Positions 43,042 to 51,308 of a stretch of 64,000 bases of DNA are shown here, piece after piece. This DNA comes from Nannocystis bainbridge (GTDB lineage: Bacteria; Myxococcota_A; Polyangia; Nannocystales; Nannocystaceae). Below the pieces are notes generated by a model that was not told the origin of the DNA, ran no database searches, and was given only the letters and a program-made list of their open reading frames with translations. The position numbers and the translations under genes are program-made. The DNA lies in NCBI RefSeq assembly GCF_028368995.1, contig NZ_JAQNDL010000001.1:1568001-1632000 (forward strand), read 5' to 3'. Every line of letters starts with the position of its first letter. The first letter of the stretch is position 1.

Positions 43042-44781
43042 ATGCCCCGTCCTCACGCCTCTGCCCTCTCGCTCATCGTCCTCGGGCTCGCGCAGGCCGC
43101 CTGCGGCGACTCGGCCGGCAATACTGCCGGCGCGACCACCACCGGACTGACGAGCGCGACCGCGCCGACCGGCACCGACGCCACCACCACCACCACCACC
43201 GGCGTCCCGACCACCAGCGTCGGCAGCGAGAGCGCCACCGGCTCGACCTCGACCGCCAGCACCACCGACGAGGTCTCGGCCAGCGGCAGCAGCACCGGCT
43301 TCAAGTTCGACACCCCGCAGGGCGGCGACATCGGCGACATCGAGACCGACGGCCCCGCGTCGACCTGCCACGTCGTCGACGACATGGACGCGATCGGCGA
43401 TTGCAACAAGGAGGCCCCGCCTGACAGCTTCGAGCCCGAGGTCCAGTGGTCGTGGGGCAATCAGGGCACCGGCGGCAGCTCGACCACCCCGCTGGTCGCC
43501 AACCTCACCGACGACAACGGCGACGGCGCGATCGACCTGTGCGACATCCCGGACATCGTCGTCGTCACCGGCGGCCCGATCGGCGGCAAGATCCACGTCC
43601 TCGACGGCGCCACCGGCGTCGAGCACTTCGCCATCCCCACCCCCGTCGACGGCTTCGTGACCCCGGCGATCGGCGACATCGACAACGACGGCCTGCCCGA
43701 GATCGTCGCTGCCACCCCTGGCGGCACCTTCCTCGGCCCCAGCGCGCTGCTGGCGTTCGAGCACGACGGCGCGCTCAAGTGGACCTCCGCCGACAAGTTC
43801 AACCACGACCAGGGCGGCGCCGTCGCTCTCGGCGACCTCGACAACGACGGCGACGTCGAGATCGTGTGCGACGACCTCGTCGTCGACCACGAGGGCAAGA
43901 CCCTGTTCATCGCCCCCGAGCAGGCGCTGTGGGACATCGTGTTTCACTGCACCGCCACCACCCTCGCCGACCTCGACGGCGACCTCGACCTCGAGATCGT
44001 CCTCGGTCAGGCCGCGTATCACCACGACGGCACCGTCTACTACAACGACGTCACGCTCAAGCCCGGCTTCCCCGCGGTCGCCAACCTCGACCCCGACCCG
44101 ATGCCGGAGATCCTCCTCACCAACAACAATGGCATCACCGTGCTCGAGCACGACGGCAAGGTGAAGTTCAAGGACATCAAGCCGACCGGCGACAACGGCC
44201 CCGGCGCGTGGTTCCGGCCCTCGACGATCCACGACTTCGACGGCGACAAGCAGAGCGAGTTCGCCACCAGCTCCGCCGCCCGCTATTCGATGTTCGAGCC
44301 CGGCGGCAAGGTCGCGTGGTCGGCCAACGTCCAGGACAGCAGCGGCTGGGCCGCCGGCACCGCCTTCGATTTCCTCGGCGACGGCGTCGCCGAGGCCATG
44401 TACGCCGACGAGGTCAAGCTGTTCGTGTTCGACGGCGCCGGCGTGCCGCTGCTGGCGGTCCCGCGCAGCTCCAAGACCCTGATCGAGTACCCCGTGGTCG
44501 CCGACGTCGACAACGACGGCTCGGCCGAGATCGTCGTCGTCTCCAGCGCCGGCTACGACGACCTCCAGACCGCCCCCACCGTCCAGGTCATCCGCGACAA
44601 GCAGGACCGGTGGATCCAGGCGCGACGGATCTGGAATCAGCACACTTATCACGTGACCAACGTCCGCGAGGATTCGACCATCCCGCAGTACGAGCCGCGC
44701 TCGTGGGAGCTGCTCAACACCTTCCGCACCAACGCGCAGATCGAAGGCGGCGCCCTCTGCAAGCCCGAGCCGCCGATGTGA
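43042..44781 (+). CDS. FG-GAP/VCBS-repeat lipoprotein
   Basis: QAAC lipobox, Thr stalk, repeated D(L/I)DxDG..EI motifs, IWNQHTYHVTN. Confidence 0.88.
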   Translation: MPRPHASALSLIVLGLAQAACGDSAGNTAGATTTGLTSATAPTGTDATTTTTTGVPTTSVGSESATGSTSTASTTDEVSASGSSTGFKFDTPQGGDIGDIETDGPASTCHVVDDMDAIGDCNKEAPPDSFEPEVQWSWGNQGTGGSSTTPLVANLTDDNGDGAIDLCDIPDIVVVTGGPIGGKIHVLDGATGVEHFAIPTPVDGFVTPAIGDIDNDGLPEIVAATPGGTFLGPSALLAFEHDGALKWTSADKFNHDQGGAVALGDLDNDGDVEIVCDDLVVDHEGKTLFIAPEQALWDIVFHCTATTLADLDGDLDLEIVLGQAAYHHDGTVYYNDVTLKPGFPAVANLDPDPMPEILLTNNNGITVLEHDGKVKFKDIKPTGDNGPGAWFRPSTIHDFDGDKQSEFATSSAARYSMFEPGGKVAWSANVQDSSGWAAGTAFDFLGDGVAEAMYADEVKLFVFDGAGVPLLAVPRSSKTLIEYPVVADVDNDGSAEIVVVSSAGYDDLQTAPTVQVIRDKQDRWIQARRIWNQHTYHVTNVREDSTIPQYEPRSWELLNTFRTNAQIEGGALCKPEPPM

Positions 44782-44789
44782 CGCCCCGC

Positions 44790-44826
44790 GCGGCGGGCCG
44801 CTGCCTTCTTTACGGCGGCCCGCCGC
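44790..44826. other. Intergenic stem-loop (12-bp perfect arms)
   Basis: GCGGCGGGCCGC ... GCGGCCCGCCGC after the FG-GAP stop; no U-tract, so possibly an mRNA-stabilising hairpin. Confidence 0.5.
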
Positions 44827-44846
44827 TTCGCATCCGGAATCGAAGC

Positions 44847-45530
44847 ATGCGCGTCCCCACCACGATCGGCTGCGCCCTCCCGCTCCTGCTCGCCCTCGCC
44901 TGCGGCCCCGCGCCGGCGCCCGGGGACACCGACGCCGAACCCACGAGCACCACCACCTCGAGCACCACCGGCACCACGACGGGCACCACGCTCGCGCCGA
45001 CCACGAGCGAGGGCGACACCACCACCGGCGAGGCCTGTCTGGAAGCCACGCGTCCAGGCGAGCTGTGGTCCGACCAGGAGCCGGCGTTGACCTGCGGCGG
45101 CCCTGAGCTGTGCCCTGGCGGCGACCCGATCTACTTCGAGCTCGACGGCCCGATCTTCGACGGCGACTTCTCGGCCCCGACCTCCGCCGTGACCGACCTC
45201 GAGCGCGCCCGCTGCCTCGCCGTCGCCCTGCGCGATCGCACCCCCGGCCAGTTCATGTTCATGCCGGGCCACTCGCCGCAGGTCTTGCACGTCTTCGGCC
45301 TCGAGATCGTCGGCGAGTTCGCCGTGACGCGCAGCGATCGCTCGGGCTGCGAGCTGAGTCACCCCGAGCCCAAATCGTGCCACGTGCGCGAGCGACTGCG
45401 GCAGCTCCGCCCGCCGGCGTTCTTCGCCGACTGCGTCGACGGTGACGCCCTCGCGCTGTGGCAATGCCTGTACCACGCCGCCGAGCCCGAGCCGGCCTGC
45501 GCCGCCGGCCCGCTCGTATGTCCGCCGTAG
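44847..45530 (+). CDS. Hypothetical Cys-containing lipoprotein with Thr stalk
   Basis: ALAC lipobox, T-rich linker, multiple Cys. Confidence 0.7.
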   Translation: MRVPTTIGCALPLLLALACGPAPAPGDTDAEPTSTTTSSTTGTTTGTTLAPTTSEGDTTTGEACLEATRPGELWSDQEPALTCGGPELCPGGDPIYFELDGPIFDGDFSAPTSAVTDLERARCLAVALRDRTPGQFMFMPGHSPQVLHVFGLEIVGEFAVTRSDRSGCELSHPEPKSCHVRERLRQLRPPAFFADCVDGDALALWQCLYHAAEPEPACAAGPLVCPP

Positions 45531-45598
45531 CCGTATAACGCTCGAAGCCCGCTGCCAGCATTCGCGCCGACCGCCACGAATCTCCGGAGTAACCGCCC

Positions 45599-46363
45599 TT
45601 GACCGAGTCCAGTGATTCACCCCGCACCGTCCTTATCACCGGCGCCGGTCGCGGCATCGGGGCTGCCACCGCGCGGCTCGCCGCTCGCGCTGGCTATCGC
45701 GTGTGCATCAACTACGCCGCCGACGACGCCAGCGCCCAGCAGGTCGTCGCCGACTGTCGCGCCTGCGGCGTCGATGCGATCGCCGTCAAGGCCGACGTCG
45801 CCGCGCCCGCCGATGTCGAGCGCCTCTTCCTCACCTGCGAGCGCGACCTCGGCAGGGTCACCCACCTCGTCAACAACGCCGGCATCATCGGCGCCCCCGC
45901 GCGGGTCGAGGACATCGCCGCCGCCACCGTTCACGCCGTGCTCGCCGTCAACGTCGCCGGCGCCATCTTCTGCGCCCAGCAGGCCATCCGGCGCATGTCG
46001 AACGAACGCGGCGGGCGCGGCGGCGTCATCGTCAACGTCTCCTCGATCGCCGCCGTCACCGGCAGCCCCGGCGAGTACGTGCATTACGCTGCATCCAAGG
46101 CCGCGCTCGAGACCTTCACGGTCGGCCTCGCCCGCGAGGTCGGCCCGCTCGGGATCCGCGTCAACGCCGTCCAGCCCGGCACCACCGCCACCGAGATCCA
46201 CGCCCGCTCCGGCAACCCCGACCGCCCGGCGATGGTCGCCCGGATCGCCCCCTTGCGCCGCGTCGCGGACGCCGACGAGGTCGCCGAGGCGATCCTGTGG
46301 CTGCTCTCCGACCGCGCGGCCTACGTCTCCGGCGCCGTCCTCAAGGTCACCGGCGGTTTGTGA
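45599..46363 (+). CDS. SDR family oxidoreductase
   Basis: [29 protein letters not shown]. Confidence 0.92.
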   Translation: MTESSDSPRTVLITGAGRGIGAATARLAARAGYRVCINYAADDASAQQVVADCRACGVDAIAVKADVAAPADVERLFLTCERDLGRVTHLVNNAGIIGAPARVEDIAAATVHAVLAVNVAGAIFCAQQAIRRMSNERGGRGGVIVNVSSIAAVTGSPGEYVHYAASKAALETFTVGLAREVGPLGIRVNAVQPGTTATEIHARSGNPDRPAMVARIAPLRRVADADEVAEAILWLLSDRAAYVSGAVLKVTGGL

Positions 46364-46373
46364 GCTGATGAAT

Positions 46374-46411
46374 GGGCATGTCTTTTAAGACATGTCTATG
46401 CGCACAGCCCG
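46374..46411. repeat. 14-bp-phased array (2 good units plus 1 degenerate)
   Basis: gggcatgtct ttta agacatgtct; cores 46377, 46391, (46405). Confidence 0.8.
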
Positions 46412-46467
46412 GAGTCTGGGCCCAGGAGGTTGTGACGGTGGGAGCGGGCGGAGTACAGTCGAGGCCG

Positions 46468-47583
46468 ATGCGAGCGGATTTTCGCTACAGGTCCTCGGAG
46501 CCGCGGAGGAATCGGACGAAGTCGGTGCGTGGCTTGTGCGCAGCACTGGCGGGGCTGTGCCTGGGCGCGTGCGTGGCGGAGGGGTCGCGGGAGGGCAAGC
46601 GCGTCGATTTCGTGTATGAGACCCACGAATACGAGTTGTGTGCTGGCACCGCCACGCACCTCGATGGTTACATCGAGCGGGTGTTCGGGTTCCTGGGCGC
46701 GGCGCCGGGCGACTTCCTGGTCCCGGTCGATGTCGTCGCTACGGTGACGTGCGGGGAGCGGGAGGACGCGACCGGGTGCTACGATCCGAACGACGAGCGG
46801 GTGATCGTGAGCCTCGCCGAGCACTTTCGCTTTCGACCGACAGCGGTGCTCCGTCACGAGGTCACGCACGCGGTCGTCCACCGGGTCTGGGGGAAGAGCA
46901 TCCCCTTCTTCCAGGAGGGGCTCGCCGAATCGCTGTCGCGCACGGAGGCGGTGAACACGGAGTGGACGCCCGAGCCCGGTCCGATTCTGGACATGCTCGA
47001 CAAGCCGGCCGAGGAGGTCGACTACGAGGCCGCGGCGTTGTTCACGCGCTACCTGATCGATCGCGTGGGGGTCGCGTCGTTTCGCGCGATCTACCAGGGG
47101 GTCCGTGACGGGACACGGGGCGAGATCGTGGCGCAGATCGAAGCTGGCACGGGGGAGGCTTTCGCCACGCTCGAGGCGGACTTCCTGTCCGGCGCCCCGC
47201 GTTGTACCTTCGCAATCGATCTCTGCGATTCGCAGGGCGCAGTGACGGTGGCGGCGGGCGACTCGTGGTCGACGGAGTTCACCGCGTCGTGCCTCGCCCC
47301 GGAGTTCTACGGCAGCCAATCGAGCGAGGCGATGTTCACGGCCACGCAGATGCGCGTGGAACTGCAGGGGACAGGCCGCTATCGCGTGCATCTGGTGGAC
47401 GATGCCGAGTTCGATCCCTCGGTCGAGCTGACGCGCTGCGGTGATTGTGAGGAGCAGTTCGTGCGCCGGATCTGGGACGGCGTGGAGCTCGAGCTCGAAG
47501 CCGGCCTGTACGCGGTGGAGGTCACCGTCAAGCCGTTCGCGCACCACGTCGAGTTCGGGCTCGAGTACCTGGGCTCCGGGTGA
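46468..47583 (+). CDS. Lipoprotein with HExxH...E gluzincin domain (paralog of 41758..42882)
   Basis: LGAC lipobox, RHEVTH, FQEGLAE, YEAAALFTRYLIDRVG; start may be GTG at about 46525. Confidence 0.75.
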   Translation: MRADFRYRSSEPRRNRTKSVRGLCAALAGLCLGACVAEGSREGKRVDFVYETHEYELCAGTATHLDGYIERVFGFLGAAPGDFLVPVDVVATVTCGEREDATGCYDPNDERVIVSLAEHFRFRPTAVLRHEVTHAVVHRVWGKSIPFFQEGLAESLSRTEAVNTEWTPEPGPILDMLDKPAEEVDYEAAALFTRYLIDRVGVASFRAIYQGVRDGTRGEIVAQIEAGTGEAFATLEADFLSGAPRCTFAIDLCDSQGAVTVAAGDSWSTEFTASCLAPEFYGSQSSEAMFTATQMRVELQGTGRYRVHLVDDAEFDPSVELTRCGDCEEQFVRRIWDGVELELEAGLYAVEVTVKPFAHHVEFGLEYLGSG

Positions 47584-47783
47584 ACGGCGGGGGCGCTCGG
47601 CCCGGCGAGGGTCGCCCGGGTCGCCCGCTTGCGCCGCGTCGCGGAAGCTCGATGGGCCCGCCGAGCGGTCCCTATCCCGCCGATGGGCGACGCGTCGCAA
47701 CTGTGCAATTCATGCTCGCAGCGTTGCGAGCCGCCGCGGGCACCGCCATGGGCAGGATGCCGGGGCAGAGAGAGATCGGCGAC

Positions 47784-48371
47784 ATGACGGACACCAGCAC
47801 CCCCCTGCCGCGCTTCGGACTCGACCACGAGCATTACGCCGCCCTCGTCATCGGGCGCCCCGCCACCGTCGAGGGCTCGTTTGACGGCCTCGCGGCCATC
47901 CACGCGCGCTTCGCCACGCTGTCCGCCGAGCTCGGTCTCCCCGTCGCGTTCATCGCCGGAGCGCGCGTCGAGGAGGACGAGGACCACGAGGTCGAGGGCG
48001 TGGTCGGCCTCGTGCTGGCGGTCGCGCGCTTCGGCGACCGCCCGGCGACGCCGGAGGGGGCCCTGCTGCAGCGCCACGCCGTCGCCGACGTGCCCGACGC
48101 GGTGTGGACCGCGGCCCGCGAGCTCGGGCTGACGCTCGGCGAGGATACCGGCCTCTTCCTCGCCGCCGGCGGCTGGTCGGTCGCCACGCTGCACGCGGGC
48201 GAGCCCGACGACATGGGCTGGGACGCGAGCTCGGGCCGCGACTGGCCAGGCGAGATCGTCGGCAAGAAGCTGGCGTCGGCCAGCGCCGACGGCACGCCCT
48301 ACCGCCTGCTCACCGCGGAGGTCATCGCGGCCGCGGCAGCCTCGCCGTGCCTGTCGGCGAGCTACGCGTAA
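47784..48371 (+). CDS. Hypothetical protein
   Basis: GC-rich third positions; no recognised motif. Confidence 0.55.
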   Translation: MTDTSTPLPRFGLDHEHYAALVIGRPATVEGSFDGLAAIHARFATLSAELGLPVAFIAGARVEEDEDHEVEGVVGLVLAVARFGDRPATPEGALLQRHAVADVPDAVWTAARELGLTLGEDTGLFLAAGGWSVATLHAGEPDDMGWDASSGRDWPGEIVGKKLASASADGTPYRLLTAEVIAAAAASPCLSASYA

Positions 48372-48507
48372 ACGCGACCCAGGCGCACGGCGCCGGGACG
48401 TTGGATGCGCCCGGCGGCGTGCTCGCCGGGCCACCGGATGGTGTCGAGAGCCCACGCCAAGAGCGCGACCCGCAACAACACCTCGCCAATCACGCGAGGC
48501 GGCGCAC

Positions 48508-49869
48508 TCAGCCGCGAGAGTTCCGCGCCTTGTGAGTGTAGACGAGGCTGTGTCGCGCGAGACGAGGCTCGCGCGCCGCGCGAACGGGTTCGCTGACCAT
48601 CTGCGCCAAGCTCTTCAGCGCCAGGCTCTCCTGCGCGAGCGCCGGCGACGGACCGATCGCAAGCTGGACGAAATCAGTATAGAGCGGCGGAAGGTTGCCG
48701 ATCGTCCGGGTGAGCTCCAGCAAGCTGCCGGCCTGGGGGCCTCGCGCATATTGCAGGTTGGTCGGGAAGACCTGCGGAATCGGGCCCTCCATGGTCGATC
48801 CGTAAGCCCCGAGCGTCATGAGCCCCGGTGCCGTATTCGGATCCGGCGCGTGCAGGAACAGGAACGTCCCGTACTTCGGCACGGTCAGGTGCGCCGATGC
48901 CACGCCACGGGTCGCCTCCGCGTTCATCAACTCCCAGCGGGTCTGCGCATACGCCTGCGTGACCTCCATGAACGGGGTCCGGACGGGAGCGAACCTCTCG
49001 CGGCCGGGCAAACACAGGATCAGATTCCCGAATGGATCGAGGAAGCCGACGGCGTTGCCGTCTCCCTCCTCGCCCGCGGCCGCCACCGCCTTGAGCTCCT
49101 CGAGGATGTCTTGGCCGGGGATGCGGGCATCCTGGGTCTTCAGCATGAAGGCCCTGGGATAGACCTTGCGAAACGCCTGCTTGACGGGCGAGTCCTCGGG
49201 GAGCCCGGACGGATCTTTCAGCTTGTCGGGAGTCAGGCCGGACTCCTCGCTGCTGATCCTGCGGACCATGTTGCTGCTGTCGGCGAAGATGGCGCCGCAC
49301 CCCATCAGGTTCGCCGACGATACGGTGCCCGTCCGAAATGCGACGTGTTCACCGCCCTGGTAGGACCGCACGTAGAGCTCGGGATCCCCCTTGTGTCCGC
49401 AGGCGTAATAGCCGAACTTGTGCTTCGCGGTCCCCTGGAGGCTCGGCGGTAGGCTGTGAAACTCGAACTTCTCGTCGTAGTTGACGCCGGCATAGTCGTC
49501 GACGGCGATGACGCCAATGTTGAACCCCGCGGTGAGGAGCGCGCCGGCGCACATCACACATGGGTCGAGCGAGGTCACGACCGTCAGCTCGGATGGTGGC
49601 GGCAGTTGCAGCGCCTCGCGGTGCTCGTAGTACCAATAGACGAGCTGACGCTCCCCGTGCGCGGTCGGGTCCCAGGTGAACACCTCGCCCGAAGACAGCG
49701 GGCGCAGCACGTTATTGTGCATCCTGTGGACGAGCGCGCCGGTCTTGTTGTCCACGATGAGCCCGCCGACGGCGAACGTGCCCTGACTCGCCGCGTGCAT
49801 CGCCCGGTCGAGCACGAGAGAAGCCGCCCGGTCGGCGTCGGAAATGATGATCGAATCCTCTGGTCCCAC
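48508..49869 (-). CDS. Cytidine/nucleoside deaminase-fold protein with long C-terminal extension
   Basis: DPTAHGE and DPCVMC zinc motifs; GGAGGT RBS before GTG 49869. Confidence 0.82.
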   Translation of the reverse strand: MGPEDSIIISDADRAASLVLDRAMHAASQGTFAVGGLIVDNKTGALVHRMHNNVLRPLSSGEVFTWDPTAHGERQLVYWYYEHREALQLPPPSELTVVTSLDPCVMCAGALLTAGFNIGVIAVDDYAGVNYDEKFEFHSLPPSLQGTAKHKFGYYACGHKGDPELYVRSYQGGEHVAFRTGTVSSANLMGCGAIFADSSNMVRRISSEESGLTPDKLKDPSGLPEDSPVKQAFRKVYPRAFMLKTQDARIPGQDILEELKAVAAAGEEGDGNAVGFLDPFGNLILCLPGRERFAPVRTPFMEVTQAYAQTRWELMNAEATRGVASAHLTVPKYGTFLFLHAPDPNTAPGLMTLGAYGSTMEGPIPQVFPTNLQYARGPQAGSLLELTRTIGNLPPLYTDFVQLAIGPSPALAQESLALKSLAQMVSEPVRAAREPRLARHSLVYTHKARNSRG

Positions 49870-50359
49870 TGTACACCTCCACCGACCTAAACATCGGCCA
49901 GACATTCAACGCTGGTTCCCTCGCTCGTGTCAACCGAGGGCGAGCGACGCCTCGGGACGCCGTCTGGCGCTACACACAATCGGCAGAGAGAGCACGCGGA
50001 CAAATTCAGGACGGCGTTTCGAGAAGAACAGGCCTCAGCACAGGCCGACGCCCTCCATTTCACGAACGAGGCGCGACGATACATCGCCATTCGTATGGAA
50101 CATGGTCCCGCGGCCGCGAGACGTGGATCCGCGGCACCCGAGAGCTCGAGTCGCGGCCTGCGTCGGCAAATTTCGCGACGCGCATTCGCGCCGTACGCTG
50201 CCGGTCGCTCGCGTACGAGGACCGCGAATGCGTGCGAAGGCGGGCGCAAGAATTCGCTCGGACATCACGCGGAGCGTGCGATCGCGCGCGAACGCAACGT
50301 CGCCTCCATTTCCGCCCGTAGGGTTTCGCCGCCCGCCGACACTGCAGCGGTGGAGCCCC

Positions 50360-51253
50360 ATGCGCCTGACCATCCGCGACCTCTCGAAGACCTACCCCAA
50401 CGGCGTGCGCGCCCTGCGGGGCGTCGATTTGACGATCGACGCCGGCATGTTCGGTTTGCTCGGCCCCAACGGCGCCGGAAAGTCGACCCTCATGCGCACG
50501 ATCGCCACCTTGCAGGAGCCTGATCGCGGCGCCATCGACCTCGGCGGCCTCGACGTGCTGCGGAACAAGCCGGCCGTGCGTGAGCGCCTCGGCTACCTCC
50601 CGCAGGAGTTCGGCCTCTACCCCAACCTCAGCGCGGAGCACGTCCTCGATCACTTCGCCGTCCTCAAGGGCATCACCGACGCCCGCGAGCGGCGGGCCCA
50701 GCTCGAATTCCTGTTCGAGCAGACCAACCTCGGCGCCGCGCGCAAGCTGGCCGTCGGCGGCTTCTCCGGCGGCATGAAGCAGCGCCTCGGCATCGCCATC
50801 GCGCTCCTGGGTGCGCCGCGGCTCATCATCGTCGACGAGCCGACCGCTGGCCTCGACCCGACCGAGCGGCACCGCTTCCTCAACCTCCTGAGCGACATCG
50901 GCCACGACGTCATCGTCATCCTCGGCACCCACATCGTCGAGGACGTGGCCGAGCTGTGCCCCAAGTTCGCCATCCTCGCCGGCGGCGAGATCGTCTACAC
51001 CGGCGCGCCCGAGGCCGGCGTCGCCGAGCTGCGCGGACGGCTGTGGCGGCGCGTCGTCGCCAAGGCCGAGCTGCCCGAGCTCGCCGCGCGGCTGCACGTC
51101 ATCTCCACCCGGCTCGTCACCGGGCGCCCCGTCGTCCACGTCCACCACTTCGAGGCCCCGGGCCCGGGCTTCGAGCCGGTCGCCCCCGATCTCGAGGACG
51201 TGTACTTCTATCATATCACCCGCGCCACCCGCCTGGCCGCGCGCGCCGCCTGA
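50360..51253 (+). CDS. ABC transporter ATP-binding protein
   Basis: GPNGAGKST, FSGGMKQR, IIVDEPTAGLDP. Confidence 0.95.
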   Translation: MRLTIRDLSKTYPNGVRALRGVDLTIDAGMFGLLGPNGAGKSTLMRTIATLQEPDRGAIDLGGLDVLRNKPAVRERLGYLPQEFGLYPNLSAEHVLDHFAVLKGITDARERRAQLEFLFEQTNLGAARKLAVGGFSGGMKQRLGIAIALLGAPRLIIVDEPTAGLDPTERHRFLNLLSDIGHDVIVILGTHIVEDVAELCPKFAILAGGEIVYTGAPEAGVAELRGRLWRRVVAKAELPELAARLHVISTRLVTGRPVVHVHHFEAPGPGFEPVAPDLEDVYFYHITRATRLAARAA

Positions 51254-51308
51254 CGATCGTGCGCGCCGGGGGTGTAGGGTCTGTCGCGGCCGCGACACTG
51301 CAAGCGGC

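Noticed and set aside
42883-44652. N-terminal 590 aa of the 964-aa minus-strand ORF (apparent fusion)
   Set aside because: Antisense to the FG-GAP gene; the real gene starts at about 42882 with its own signal peptide.
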